Source of the DNA: Paraspadella gotoi
Taxonomy: Eukaryota > Animalia > Chaetognatha
Assembly: GCA_051294375.1 (NCBI GenBank)
Contig: CM119268.1
Span: 22,628,580-22,692,579, forward strand
Direction of reading: 5' to 3'
Length of the DNA stretch: 64,000 nucleotides
Shown here: in pieces, positions 29,730-48,262 of the stretch
Layout of the letters: every line of letters starts with the position of its first letter
How positions within the stretch are numbered: position 1 is the first letter of the stretch
Made by a program: the position numbers and the translations under genes
The notes under the pieces: model-generated
What the model was told of the DNA's origin: nothing
The model's input: only the letters and a program-made list of their open reading frames with translations
The model's database searches: none

Positions 29730-32541
29730 ATGCCCGGAAGAAGCGATCGATCGACGACGAAAATATTCGTTGGGAACTTGCCCGACCGTTACCCGGACAA
29801 CGACCTGCGCGAATTGTTCGAACAGTACGGGGAAGTCGCCGAGTGCGACGTCATCAAAAACTTTGCCTTCGTTCACTTCGTCAACGAGAATGAGGCGGAA
29901 GAGGCCGTCAAGGGGCTCAACGGCTCAGAGATCAAGGGCAAAAACATACGCGTCGAAATTTCGGAAAAAGTACGTGCGCGCGTCCGTTCGAACCGCAAAC
30001 TTTGTAACTGAGTATAAAGATATTAGATCTGCGCGTTCCTTTATTCCCTTCGAGATCTTCTCGCGTTTGTTTCGTACGTAAATGACGGCTTATATTCTTT
30101 TTGTTCCGCGTTGACGCAGAGCCGAGGCGGTCGAGGCGACGGTCATTCGCGCGGCACTAGCGGAGGTAGAACCGAAGGCGGATCCACTAAACTGTTCGTA
30201 GGTAAAAATCATCGCGTTTTCGTTGTCAGATAGTCAGTCGTTCGAAACCCGAAGACAACAAATTTAGTTCGATCCGGATTGTCGTCGTCGCCGCGTTTAA
30301 CACGACACTTCCCCCCCCGCTGCCCCCTCACCCTTTGCACTTTCCCTTCTCTCTCGTCGATGTCCCCCCCCCGAAAAAGGCAACTTACCCGACGGCTACC
30401 CGGACAACGCCCTCCGTGAGCTCTTCGAACAGTACGGGGAAGTGACGGAATGCGACGTCTTGAAAAACTTCGGGTTCGTTCACTTCAAGACGGCGGAGGA
30501 GGCGGAGCTGGCGAAGGACGGACTCGTTAACCACTCGATCGACGGAAAGAAGATCAGAGTCGAGAGTTCGGGTTCGGGTCGCGGCGGCGGCGGCACCACC
30601 GGAACCAAACTCTTCGTCGGTACGGGGAGGGGGAAGGATAGGGTTGAGGGGGCCGCCGTCTCGGTTTCCGCCAAAAGCGGAACTCTATTTATATTCATAA
30701 TTTACTTTAAACGTAAAAATTGAATTCCGCTCGATTGTCAGGCAACCTCCCCGATAATTTTCCTCCCGGCGAATTGCGCGCGATGTTCGAAAAATACGGC
30801 AAAGTCGTCGAGTGCGACATCATCAAACATTTTGCCTTCGGTAATTTTTTTTTTTTTTTTCACGTCAGGGACTTCGATAAGCTCATTTATTACTAAATGT
30901 TCTCTCTTACCTCGCACCCTTTCTTTGCTTCTTTCCCATTTTCTTTATTCCTCTTATTCTCTTTCTAATTCTTTTTCTCCCTTTTTGCATTTTCAAAACA
31001 TTTCATTACCTCTTTTCGTTTTCTTTTCTTTCGCTTTTCTTTCGCTTTTCTTTCGCTTTTCTTTCGCTTTTCTTCCTTCTTTCCCTCGACCGCGTAGTTC
31101 ACTTCGACAACCCGCGAGACGCGACCACAGCGAAGGACGCCCTCAACAACGTTCGCATCAAAGACCGAAACATTCGAGTCCAGGTTTCCAACACGGGAGT
31201 GAGACCCAAAGCGGGAATGGGAGACTCGGACGGCTGCTTTACGTGCGGCGAGCGAGGTAGGGATGACAGCGACGCCCTTCATAGTTCTATCTAAAAACAT
31301 TTTTTTCTCACCCTCTTCTATTATCCCTTTTCTTTTCCTCCCCCTAAATTCCTCAATCCTCTTTCCCCCTCCCACTCAAAAAAAAAGGCCACTGGAGTAA
31401 AGAGTGCCCTAACCAAGGCCGCGGCGGGCGCGGTGGCGGCGGCGGCGGCGGCAAGGACCGCGACACGTGCAACCGCTGCGGCGAGACAGGTCATTGGGCG
31501 CGGGATTGTCCGAAACCATCTGATTGGCGGCCGCGCGACTCAGGCCGGGACAGTCGCGACGGGCGTCGAAGCGGCTTCAACGACCGGAACGACCGGAACG
31601 GTGGCCGGGCAGATTTCGGCACCCGATCCGGGTTCGCGACGTCGGCGATGGGCGGCGCGTCTCTCGGCGTCGGGCCGCGCGACAACGTGAGCGCGATGGC
31701 CGGATTGGGGGCGCGCGGACTCGGCGGGCAACTCGGCGCCGGCTTGGCCGGTACGATGGGCGCGCCCATGGGAGGACCCATGGCCAGCGCCGGGGCGCCT
31801 ATGGGGGCCGCTCCCATGGGCGGCGGCATGGGCCTAAATATGGGTGGAGGCATGAGTGGACGAGATCCTTTTGCTCCCGTCCGGGATCCATACGGGGCGC
31901 CCCGACCGGATCCTTACGCAGTTCCTCAAAGGGACCCTTATGGACCACCTCGCGAACAAGCTTTCGGTATGCCGCAACAACGAGACCCGTACGGCTTACC
32001 CCCGAGGGACCTTCAGGCCGGTGGCGTGGCGGCGCAAACTCGCGACGCCTTCCGCGCCGCCACGGACCCTTTCGCCCGTGACGCGGGATACCCTCAGATG
32101 CGCGACCGTAGTCCTCTTAGGGCTCCTCCCAGCTCGCTTCCTTCCGATCCGTATTTCAGGCGCACGCCGCCGCGGTCGCTGGCGCCACCAAAGGAAGACC
32201 CGTACGGCCGAATGACCGGCGGTCGCGACATCTACGGCCAGAGCGCCATGGACGATCGCGGTTACGCCGGCACCGAGGCTATGGGACAGTTCCCATCTTC
32301 CTTGGGAGGCGCCGGCGCAGGGGCCGGCTTGCCTACGCGGTCCATCGAGGCGGACCGCTATGCCGGCCAGATGACGCACGAGGACATGAGCATGGGCAAC
32401 GGAGCCGCTAGGGGCGCGGTCGGGTATCCACCCGCTGTAGGGGGTCCTGCAGACAGAGGGATCGGCTTTGGCGCGCACTTGCCGCTCGCGGGAGACAGAG
32501 GCTTCGGAGCGCCGGCCTTCGGAGGCGCATTCGGACGTTAA
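29730..32541 (+). CDS. RBM4: Lark/RBM4-like RNA-binding protein with three RRMs, two CCHC zinc knuckles and a G/P/R/D-rich tail; exons ~29730-29970, 30120-30201, 30380-30619, 30742-30840, 31097-31256, 31388-32541
   Basis: TKIFVGNLP...ELFEQYGEVAECDVIKNFAFVHF (typical of Lark/RBM4); [44 protein letters not shown] motif in the tail. Confidence 0.85.
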
Positions 32542-34150
32542 AAGAGGAAAATAAGGGGGGGGGAGGGGGAATTGAATGGCGGCTCCTCCCTTCACCTTTT
32601 CCCCGCCCTCTCTCTCCGCTCCTTCTCGGATCTCTGCGCGCGCGCGTCCGCTACAACGACAACCCGGCCCACGAACTCGAAAAATTCTCTTTCTGCGCGG
32701 AAAAATCGACTTGCTGGAAAAATCAGTTTGTTTTATTGAAGGTTTCAATTTACTAGCTTTATCCACAGTTCGCTAAACTAGATTTAGTGATGGAAGGAAA
32801 TGAATTTTTTTTCCTACTTAGAAAATTAAATCTTTTTACAATTATATTCTAATTATGACCGTAGATTTGAAAATGGTTGATGGAAACACCACACGCGAGC
32901 GAAACCGGAAAATTTATCGCTTTTTTAGCCCGTTTATTTTTTCTATAATTGTATACGTCGTCTATAGGAAAGGGTACCGTAATATACCCAAACACTGTAA
33001 CATTTATGGCATAGCATAAACAAAAACAGAAACTTCGTCTCTCTCTCTCTTCAGAACTTTCTCCGGATAATTAATCTCGTCGTATAATCCAGTCGCAATC
33101 CTTTGTACTACCGCCCGTCTTCAAGCCGAGTCTTTGATTCCGTTTTTGTGCGTCTTTGTCTAATTATAATCGATTTATTTTTTTTTTATTTTTGATCCGG
33201 GCTCCGGTATGCTTTTTTTTTTGTCAATGCGCGACGCGTTATTGAACGAAAAAAATTGGTAAAATTATATGAGAGGTTTTTCTTTACACAAAAACACACG
33301 CGTACTTTTTTGTCTCTCTCTCTCTTACAACCGACTTTATTACGTAGTAATCCGTCGTCATTCCGTTTACGAATTGTATATCTCGCCCATCGAAGTTTCT
33401 CGATTTCTTCCTATAATTTTTTTTTTTCCTTAATTTTTTTTCCGATCGATATTTGTCATCGTCACGTGACTCCGCGCGATCGCTCGCCCGTCATTTAATC
33501 TTAACAGTAAATATAACTTCCCTCGTGCCTCGTCGAACGCTTAACCATTCGTCCTTCGGCCTTAATTTAAACTTTAAAAAAAAAAAGGATCTTCAGAAAA
33601 CCAATTCATCTTTCGTCCCTAAATATCTCGAGCGTGCGCGGTGTAAGGACGCTCCACTGTCTTCAGCGACGTTAGCGATTTCGACTTCTTTCATCTTCGC
33701 GTTCGTGATTTCGTCGCTTCCGCCGTGAGACGCGTTCTTAGACTCGCGTTCTTTCATCTCTACCCTCGCCCCTTTATTCGTGACTTCTGTTCGTCGGCGG
33801 AATCGAGATAGCGGGAATCGTTTCGTTGACACGCCCCAAGTAAGTCGTCAGATCTTCAACTGCGTTCGTTTCTCCGTATTTAAGATATTCTCGGTTAGAC
33901 GAAAGGGAAAAAAGCCCGTGTTGAGACTCGCCGGAAACTTGCAGTCCATCTCCCTAATTTTAAACAATTTTGAGGCCTTTTAAATTCCCCTAAAGCCTAA
34001 TATAGACGTAGGGTACTAACCGAGAACGGACAATAAGCTACGACGAACGTTTTTTAGTATTTCATCGGTCTCCAAGGATTTATCAACTCTCTCCAACCCC
34101 CTTTCTCCCTCCCTTTTCCCCAACAAAGACATTCCCCCACGCTTTCGAAG

Positions 34151-39379
<5,229 letters not shown>

Positions 39380-39907
39380 AAAAAACTCTCTCCTATCTGG
39401 TGCCATTTCGCGATTCCATCTTTCGACAAAGATAACGAATGAAAGAAAAAAAAAACAATCTCTAGATTCATTTTGGAAGTAATGTTGCCCTCTTTTTTTT
39501 AATTAGCGCCATGTTACTTGAGGCCGGCTTGACTGTGATGAGATGTTTCCGATGATTCTCTCTTTCATAAACGTCTTCTCTCGATTTTTTTTACTTCAGA
39601 ATCTCTTGTATGGAAAGATTCCGTAGACAGATACGTTAACGATGTAAAAGTTAACTAGCAATCCGAATTAGCAAATTCCATTCGAAACTTTTTCGAGGAA
39701 AAAAAAATATTTGAACACGGGGGGGGAAAAACAGAAATTGGGCATGCGGTAACTTAACGGAATATTCGAATAGTCGTCCTACTTCAAGAAATGTAATTTA
39801 CGTGACAGTTATTTTATTATTATTTGTCGTTAAATATGGGAAGGAGAATTTAAAAGTATTCTCTCGAGTTAAAATTTTGGATTAGCTGGAAAGTCGTGTC
39901 TACATGG

Positions 39908-42900
39908 ATGAGTGCAATGGAGATCGAAGGTGAGAAGCCAACCATGTCGTTTTACTAGCTTAACCCACTATTCCTAATATCCGAAAATATATGTATTAAT
40001 GTGTGTGAAGGACAAGATGTTTAATCCCTGAGCTATGTTTCTCAGGCGGGAACTCTCCCCCTCCTCTTGGGGATGGGATCAAGTTGGTGCGGTTGACTCT
40101 TAATAACGGGGAAGGTGAAAATGTGAACGCCGCCGCCGAGGAAGGTGAAAAAAAGATGGCGGGGTGGGAGAGAGAATGGTGAATGAGCGAGGGGAAAGAA
40201 TTATGTATTTAACCAACAAGGAGGTTTTAAATATCGTCCGAGGATGAAGATTAAAATTCTCTTTCTACTCAAAAAAAAAGTAATTATAAGAAATTGATTT
40301 AATGGCGAACTCTTCACTCAGTTTTTTTTTATTATTAATTAAATTTCTCGGGGTTTTTCATTCAAAGAGGTGAATCGTCCTTGGAGAGTTTATAAAGCCC
40401 AAGTCCAAAAGCCAAAGAATCTTCACAAAACCGGGAGGGAGAACAAGGAAGACGCTTCCAGGTTCTTCCGTCACCCCCCCCCCATTTTCCTCTTTGCGTC
40501 ATCCGGTTATTTAGCTGTTGCCCGTACGCCTCCCTCGTAATGGGTGTGGGTTGAGGTATGAGGTTAAAGTGCGAGTAGAGATGTGGCACAGAGATGTGGC
40601 ACAGAGGCTCAAATTATAAGCACCACCCTGCAAAATTTCCTAACTCATTCGCCCAGCCAATCTAGTAGGTGAGAGCTAATACGTTTGAGAGAGTCTGAAA
40701 AAAATATAGGAAGGTAAGAAAAAGCTAAACAAGGAAAAAAAGGAATAAAGGTAGGGGTAGCCCAAATCAATGGGGTGAGTCAAAAATTTAGAGCCAGTAC
40801 ATGCTCACACGAATATTTATACATTTTTAAGAATACTTTCTATGGACAAAAAAATTCTATTATGGCTCTATACCCTAGTAATTAATTTATTAATATTTAT
40901 TTATATATAGGAAAGGATTAAAAATGTTTTTAATTTTTTAATTTTAAGACCAGATTCAGATAGCTCATAAAAAGTTGTCTACATTTGTTTATATTTTTAT
41001 GATAAGTGTGTCAAAAATTAGAAAAACCGTAAAAAATCATCATCATCTTTCAATGATTTTATTAGTTTTTTTATATTTTTACTTAGAAAACGTAAGAATT
41101 TTTAAAAGCTGTAATTATACTTAATTAACTTTTTATGCTCTATCAGAATCTATCAAAAAATTTTAAGATTTAAAAATTAATTAGGCTAGTACCTTCAGAA
41201 TAAAGCATTTTTGACAAAAAATATTTTAATACCATAATCTATGCTCATGATAGATTATTTAACGCTGTATAGATGGTTTGATAGATAGATAGTGTATACA
41301 TTAGCATTTAAATTTCATCGGCTGTGGCTAACAAAGGAAAAAAAAAGTAAATAATTCTACAAGAGGCAAAGGATTAAAAAGAACAAAAAAGTAAAGTTAA
41401 ATTAATTTGAGTTTCCAGACTCTGATGATGTTGGTATTCGTTATTACTCACGCCCTCCGTCCCCAGACTCTGTCCGCCGGCCCCAGCCCCGCCTAAAAAC
41501 TTGACGCCCATTCCCAAGTACGCCTTCTGTTCCCACGCGCGAATGACGCGGGCGCCGCCGCCGCTGCCGCCACCACCACAGCCACGCGAGAAGAGCGCGG
41601 CGCCGCCGCGTGCCGCGCCGAACAAGTCCGTTTCGGCTTCTCAGGCGGCTGCGGCGATGCTCAGCATCTCTTCAAACAGGTTCCATTAAATCATCGGCGG
41701 AGTTGAAAGGACTATCACCAAGAATCTAAAAGCCTTTGAAATTATTTCATCCAATATAAAAAATATATAGTGATTCAATAAATAAGCTATCATGCCCCTG
41801 ACTTCGGGCCAGCCAGTTTTCAATCACTCACTCTAGTTCTCTGAACTGTTAACGTACGACAACGAAATCGAATACTCAACATAGTTTTTATTATATACGC
41901 ATGTGCATAATTGTGCATATGTAAATGTGTCAATATTAGGTCATCAAACCGAAAGAATAAAGCGACGGAACCCGAGGGCCGCGGTGACCGCACCGTTTCG
42001 TTCTTGGTACCGAAAGCAGACGGCCGATTTGGCTTTTCGGAAAGGTGATCATTGGAATATTTATTTTCTTTCATCACATAGTTCTTAGTGAAACAAAAAG
42101 CTTTTAAATTATATAATATATATATTATATAAATATGAGTGAGTGAAAGCATTTTTATACAAACTTTTGACGGGATGCTCGTGTAATGCTGTCAAACGAA
42201 ATACTAGAATTCTTCACAAAAGCATTTGGGCTTATTTTTACATTCGCTGACCGGGATTTTGCGGTGATAAAGATAGAGTTTTGATGGAATCGTGCAAGTG
42301 AAAATGAGTTTTAATGAAAAAAACAAAAGTCACATTTACTTTAATTTTATTAATCTAATCTTTTTCTCACAGATAAAATTATTAATTGCCCCGTGAGCCA
42401 AATCCGATGATATGAAAGAAACCATTGCCGTACTTTATTGAGATGAGATAGACTTACTCAGACTTTTTTAAATGATAAATATCTACTTGACGTTTTTTGT
42501 GTATAAATTTTATTTTAATCAATTATCATTAACAACTTCAAATCTATTTTCTCACAAAGATGATAAAATCGCCAAATTGTTGGCAAATCGTATTTGTTAA
42601 AAATCGAGTGCAATGAACAAGTTTTTAAGGCAGTGTTACAGATATATTGGTGTTTTTTTGCCCACTATTAAGTCCATAAACCTTTTGATTCCTGAGAGAA
42701 TGAAGCTCTAGCCTTTATTCAAATAATTTTAGCTGGCTGATGAAGCAATTTCTAAGACTGCTTTTTTGTGCTAAAAGATTATTGGCAAGACGAAGATGTT
42801 TATTCACTTCCTATAATTAGCTTGTCCTATATTGAAAAACTAAAGTTTTTTACCTTAATTTTTCAAGAAAAATCTGTTCGAGAAGAGAGGATATTCCTTA

Positions 42901-45900
42901 GCTATTCTTAGGTTCCAACCTGTAAATTTTTTTTTTTTTTTGCTTTTTTAGAACTAAAAAGGTTTGTAAGCAGAAACCAAAGTTATGAGCATTCGACTTT
43001 TGTAATAATAAAAAATTAGAGCTGCTTTTGGACAAGGTTTTTTGCTTCATGTAGAAGAATTTTTTCTAGCGATGTCAAGTTTTTGTACTGGCTTTGATAG
43101 CATTTTGAGAATGTTTTAAAGCTTTTTAAAGCGATGTTTTGAACTTTTTAAAAACGTCAATAATTTTTTTTTCAATTGGTGTTATAAAATTTTATAATTG
43201 GCGTATAGTTTACGTATAATTAATTTTTCTTTCGTATCATCGGATTTTGGCTGACGGGGGTAGCTAATTTGTTAAGTTGATTGACTGATCGATAGGTTTT
43301 TTTTTTCAGAATTTATTAAGAAATCTGTAATGGTTCAGTTTGCCAGATCCAGAGATTCGAAAGACTTTCAAAGTTTGGTTGTGGAGGCGATCGGGATTTA
43401 AACACTACGACGTTCTTCGCGAGTTGAAGATCGAATCGGTTATCGAACGGCATCGATACAGGTCCTCAGCGCCAAGCATTTGCAGTAGCATTGCATGCAG
43501 TTAGCATTGCAGTAGCATTTGCGGCCTTGCTCAATTTTTTTGATGTCTGTAGAGTTTGGGATTTAAAGAAAAGAAGAAACGATTAATCATTCATTGAAAG
43601 ACTTTATACAAAAGGCTTCATATTAGAAAATGCGCTTTCTATATTTCGAGCCCGGAATCAGTTCCGAGGAAACTACCGGACCAAAATGGATGAAATTTCG
43701 GAGAGGTAGTGTCAATGATGCTAATAGAACTATCGAGGCGATTTTCCAAATTCAACCCCTGCGCTGAGATACGGGGCCCTGAAAATGAACTAAAATTTAT
43801 CAAAATCGGTTCAAAAACCCTTTTTTTACCACAATAAAGACGATCTATATCTTAAGTGTCTTGGATGCAACATTTTTTTCCCCTCCTGAAAAACAATTTT
43901 TTTCCCATTTTTAGCCTCACAGGAGGCCTGTATCTCGACTCAGGAGAGGCATATCAAAAAGGGCCCCGACAGTTCTATTTGCATCGCCATAAGGGCCTCT
44001 GCTTACGATCCTCGCNNNNNNNNNNCTGGGCTCGAAAAATCGAAAGAGAATTTTTTAATACGAAGCCTTCTGTCGTATGTATATATAATAATGATAATAG
44101 TTAATGTTTCTCGTCATTCGTCTTCCACGTATTTTCCGCCATCCCAACCGGGGCAACCCCTCCCCCCCCCACCACCATTTCTTTTCCCTCAGATACAAGT
44201 TGGAATCTTTCATGGAAAGACGCAGCGCTCAGTGGATCAAATTTCCCTACCACGGTCAGTGAGGGTTCTTGACCCGTTTGGCCCTCGTATCGAAGTGACG
44301 TGACGCTCTTCGTCGACGCAGGCGACGGTACCGACGGTCCGGAGAGCCCCGCCCCCGCCCCCGTTTTGGGTCCGTGGGAATTCGAAAGAGGCCCAACGAA
44401 CGGGACGCTTTGGGAGAACGAAGCCGTTGTGGTACCTATTTTCAAGTTTTCTTTTATTCTTATTATGGGAAATGGTCTCAGTTTTCGTCTTTGTCTCTCT
44501 CTCTCTCTCTCTCTTTCTCAAACTCTTTCTCCTTTTCTCTCGTCTCTCTCTTCTCTCTCTCTAATTCGATACAGATTCCGGTCGCCGGAACGGAAATGGT
44601 CCGCCCTGCACCGCGTGCGACGGGAAGGGTTGGGCATTTTGCTGGAAATGCGACCAGGTTCTTTCACCAATCATCATCTTCTTTCACCAATCACCATCTT
44701 TCTTTCACCAATCACCATCTTTCTTTCACCAATCACCATCTTTCTTTCACCAATCATCATCTTTCTTTCACCATCATATCTTTCTTCATCAATCTCTTCT
44801 TTCACCAATCATCATCTTTCTTTCACACAATCATCATCTTTCTTTCATCAATCACCATCTTTCTTTCACAATCATCATCTTTCTTTCACCAATCACCATC
44901 TTTCTTTCACCAATCATCATCTTTCTTTCACCAATCATCATCTTTCTTTCACCAATCACCATCTTTCTTTCACCAATCACTCATGCTTGCTTTCACCATC
45001 TAATTCACTCTCCTCATTCTCTCTGCGATTATCTCCTCAGGCTGGAAAATATTTGTGTTATTGGTGCGACGGGAAGGGCGGGTTTTACGATGGAGAGGGA
45101 CACTGGAAGTATTGCTGGACATGCAGGGGAATCGGTAAGGACATTGTCCCCCCCCTTACCCGAGGAATTTTCGGTTGAAAGAAATAATCCTTGAACTAAA
45201 TGAAGATCGTTCTGATGCAATTTATTCTTGGCATAAGTGAAAAGAGCCCAAATCCCCATCCTCTCCCCCTCCCCGCCAGGCGTGGTCTATTGCACGGTCT
45301 GCAAAGGTTTCTCCAAGATCGTCTGTCCGTATTGCGAGGGATTTTTCGAAGTTAAGTTCTTCATTCTGCTTAAGATCGAGTTTTTCTCCAAAGTCAGCAA
45401 GTATTACTACGAAGAGGTCAAGACCGACGTTCCTCTGCAAAAGAAAAGGTCAGTTTTTACTTTTATATATTATTTATTGTGATCGAAATTTAGAAACTTA
45501 CTTTTCGCGATCGTCTTTCTTTTATTGGCTTTCTCTCGTGTCTTCTCTTTTCTTCTCTTTCTTTCTTCTCTTTTCTTATCTTATTCTCTTCTATTCTCTC
45601 ATCTTCCTCCCTCGTTCTCTTTTTTCCCCTTCTCTATTCTTTCCTCCTTTTCTTTTTCTTCTTCTTTTCTCTTCCCTCCTCTTTTCCCTTCTTTTTTTAC
45701 CTTCCCCCCCCCCCTGCCGCCACGTAGAAGTGGACGGGGTGTCGGAGCGGGAGCGGGAAACGGATCTTCGAACAAGAAAACACCACCGTGGCTCCCTTGT
45801 CCAACTTCGACGTCCCCGATCTCAATTTGGCTTCGAAAAGGTTTTCTACTTCCTAACACGTGGAGCGACTCTCTAAGTCACGTTGTCGGTCGGTCGGTCG

Positions 45901-46806
45901 GTAATGTCTGTACGTCGGTCTGTCCACTTACGTTAAAAGACGAAATGCTCATAACTCACCTATACTTGGTTGCTCATTTGTTAAGAAGGGGAAAAACCGT
46001 CAAATCTAAGTGACTGCTAACGCCGCCTTTAGGAAATCCTAAACTATAAAGAATATAAGACAGGATTCTGATGCAGCACGTGTCATAAATATACGGGCTA
46101 TGAAAGTTATTAGTTAAAACTTGGTAGAATGGTAAGCACTTTTGTACTAAATGCTACTTTTGCAAATGTTTCAAACTTGTGTAGTTACGTCACATAATCA
46201 CAAAGTAATTGCGGCATATTTCCGTGTAATGTCTGGTTGTTTGATATGAAACTTTTTCAGAGTAGTGATCAACCATAACGCAATTGTTATACATAAATTT
46301 CCTAGTCATGAAGTCATGTGATCACAGGGAAATACACGCTAAAAAGAAAGTCACTGCGGCGAAACACATTGAATGGACCGATCTTGTTCAATTATAGTTT
46401 TACATTTTCTTTGTGTTTATTCGTTTTTTTCCTTTATTTTTTCGTTTCCCATTTAATTTTTAACGTCTCTTTTCTCTCACTCATTTTCGTTTCATCGCCG
46501 TTTTCTCATTACAATTCACATCTTACAACTTCTCGCAGTTTCATGCACAAACACGAGAATCCTCAACAGGGTCTTCGCATTCATCACCAGCGCCACTCGT
46601 GGACGTCATTCCCATCTACCAAATAACGCGCTCGTGGAAAGACAACCGGTTGTCGATCCCTGTAAGTCAGTCGGTCAGTCATATTAACCCGATCGTCCGC
46701 CGAATTCAGTTTCAATTTGGATCTACGGTCAAGAGAATCACCGGAAAATCTTCTTTCCCGACGCTGACGAGGTTCTTCCCCTCGAAAAGCCTGTTGCCGC
46801 CTTTGA
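39908..46806 (+). CDS. SSUH2 (ssu-2)-like protein with DnaJ-type CxxCxGxG zinc repeats and a C-terminal CaaX-like end; 5' exons (39908-41679) tentative; apparent 1-nt frameshifts
   Basis: RYKLESFMERRSAQW..PYHG; DGP..PVLGPWE; CTACDGKG, CYWCDGKG, CWTCRGIG, CTVCKG, CPYCEG; GKRIFEQENTTVAPLSNF; RIHHQRHSVDVIPIYQI; FWIYGQENHRKIF; ends KACCRL*. Confidence 0.8.
40798..41269. mobile_element. degenerate fold-back MITE in an SSUH2-like intron (ends approximate)
   Basis: Inverted pair agattcagatagctcataaaaagtt / aactttttatgctctatcagaatct; composition similar to the 35396 element. Confidence 0.45.
42389..43260. mobile_element. MITE with ~32-bp TIRs
   Basis: CCCCGTGAGCCAAATCCGATGATATGAAAGAA ... TTCTTTCGTATCATCGGATTTTGGCTGACGGGG; AT-rich non-coding interior. 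Confidence 0.8.
43609..44072. mobile_element. Tc1/mariner-like MITE with ~48-bp TIRs (spans a 10-N gap)
   Basis: TA|CAAAAGGCTTCATATTAGAAAA..TTCGAGCCC versus GGGCTCGAAAAATCG..TTAATACGAAGCCTTCTG. Confidence 0.7.
44662..44990. repeat. 21-bp minisatellite (TTCACCAATCAYCATCTTTCT)n forming an SSUH2-like intron; inverted copy at 53620-53905
   Basis: About 15 visible units. Confidence 0.92.
45852..46085 (+). mobile_element. possible non-autonomous Helentron/DINE-1-like (HINE) element; second copy ~57181-57415
   Basis: ctaacacgtggagcgactctctaagtcacgtt followed by a (GTCG)n/GTCTGTCC microsatellite; cacgtg recurs near the 3' end. Confidence 0.35.
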
Positions 46807-47254
46807 GCGCCTGAAGGAGGTTCCACCAAGATCTTCCAGAGTCGCGACGCCGATCGTCGCTAGAATATCTTCTGGTTATTCCCTCTCGAGCCGTTCAAAG
46901 CCGATCGGCGGGGAAAAAAAGGCGGAAAGCCGGAGGCTGTCGCTCCTTTTGCCGATCGAGAGAAAAGAGAACTCCCAGCGGCGAAACATACTTTCATGAT
47001 TTTTTCTCTCCTATATTTTTCTCTGGTCGCATCCGAAAAAAAAAGGCACAATATTTATATATTTTAATGAGTTTTATTCTTTATTAGGGTAAAAAAAATT
47101 GAGGAAAAAAATAGTTATTCGTTTTCCATGATGTTAGAGAAGGAGAAGTTTGACGTTTAGAAAACTTTTGAGATCCTCGCTCATCTTTCTCTTCCGCTTT
47201 TTCAATCGGCTTTTCGCTTCTTTCCACTTTGCCCAACTTTCAAATTTCTCCAAA

Positions 47255-47293
<39 letters not shown>

Positions 47294-47310
47294 AAAGCCC
47301 TCTCTCCTCT

Positions 47311-48224
47311 CTAATTAATCGATCCGCCGACATCCATAATCATCATAAGCAGGAAGCAAACGTCACAGGAGAGGATAACGGCGGCGAGGCGTAGTCAGCC
47401 TCGTCAAACTTGTGGCGTCGCTTTTTTCCACCACAGATCATTTGAATGTCTGGAAGATCGAATCGAAGAAAGAAAAATAATAAAAGGTTCCGCTTACGAT
47501 CCGACTCTTCAGACAACGAATCTATACTTAACTAAAAAAAAATTATCAGATTTTTTTTTAATCAATGTCAGTATATTTCTGATTTTTTTAAAACTACAGA
47601 ATGAGTTTAAAATATTTTTTTTATAAAAAATGTAAGTCGCAAAATGTTACAAATTAAAAGTCGTTTTCAAATAAAAATATTTTTTTAATAAATTTTAAAT
47701 TAATTTAAACCAATTTAAATTATTTTTGTTTAACAAATTTTAATAAAAACTGAAACTGCAACTTTTTGACTTATTAACTTTAAAAATAATTCATAGGCAA
47801 ACTATAATTATTTAAAAAAATAAATTTTCTAGGGGTAAAGAAGATAAAAAAAAACCCAAATTCAACAGTAAAAAATTTTTTTTCAACTTTTTTTGGCATT
47901 CAAATCAGAAGACAAAAGTAAAAATGAACCTTTTTTTTCTAAAAGTTATTTGCAAGCTTGAGAACTTTGGATCAGACTGTCGTCTGCCACTTCAAGCTTA
48001 CTACCATTGCACCCCATGGGGAGCGAAACCACATTAAAACCTGGCGAGTCAAACCCGGCACTCACCTTATAACGATCATAATGGAAAAGATTAGAGTCCC
48101 GACACAAACAAAAGATTAACTCCAACCATCTGTTGTAGAAGAAAATAAAGAGGAATCCGAACGCACAAAAGACCAAAAAAACGGCGCACATGATCCCCGA
48201 GCAACATCGTAAATCGCACTTGGA
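47311..48224 (-). CDS. last two exons (48066-48224, 47311-~47449) of a TMBIM/Lifeguard (Bax inhibitor-1 family) gene, copy 1 with 1-nt indels; 5' exons not found in the window
   Basis: Same sequence as the intact copy at 58654-59572 apart from indels; DIQMICGG..DEADY..AAVIL..DV. Confidence 0.75.
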
Positions 48225-48262
48225 CTGAAATATAAAAAAAATATATATATATATATATGAAT

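Noticed and set aside
44662-44990. 21-bp array as a CRISPR-like or coding repeat (FTNHHLS / SPITIFL / KMMIGER ORFs)
   Set aside because: No unique spacers, eukaryotic context, bounded by GT...AG; stop-free only because the unit is 21 nt.
43338-48224. Pseudogene status for SSUH2-like and TMBIM copy 1
   Set aside because: The frameshifts are 1-nt indels that are absent in the duplicate copies (for example cgccctg versus cgcccctg at ~53510), consistent with sequencing error.
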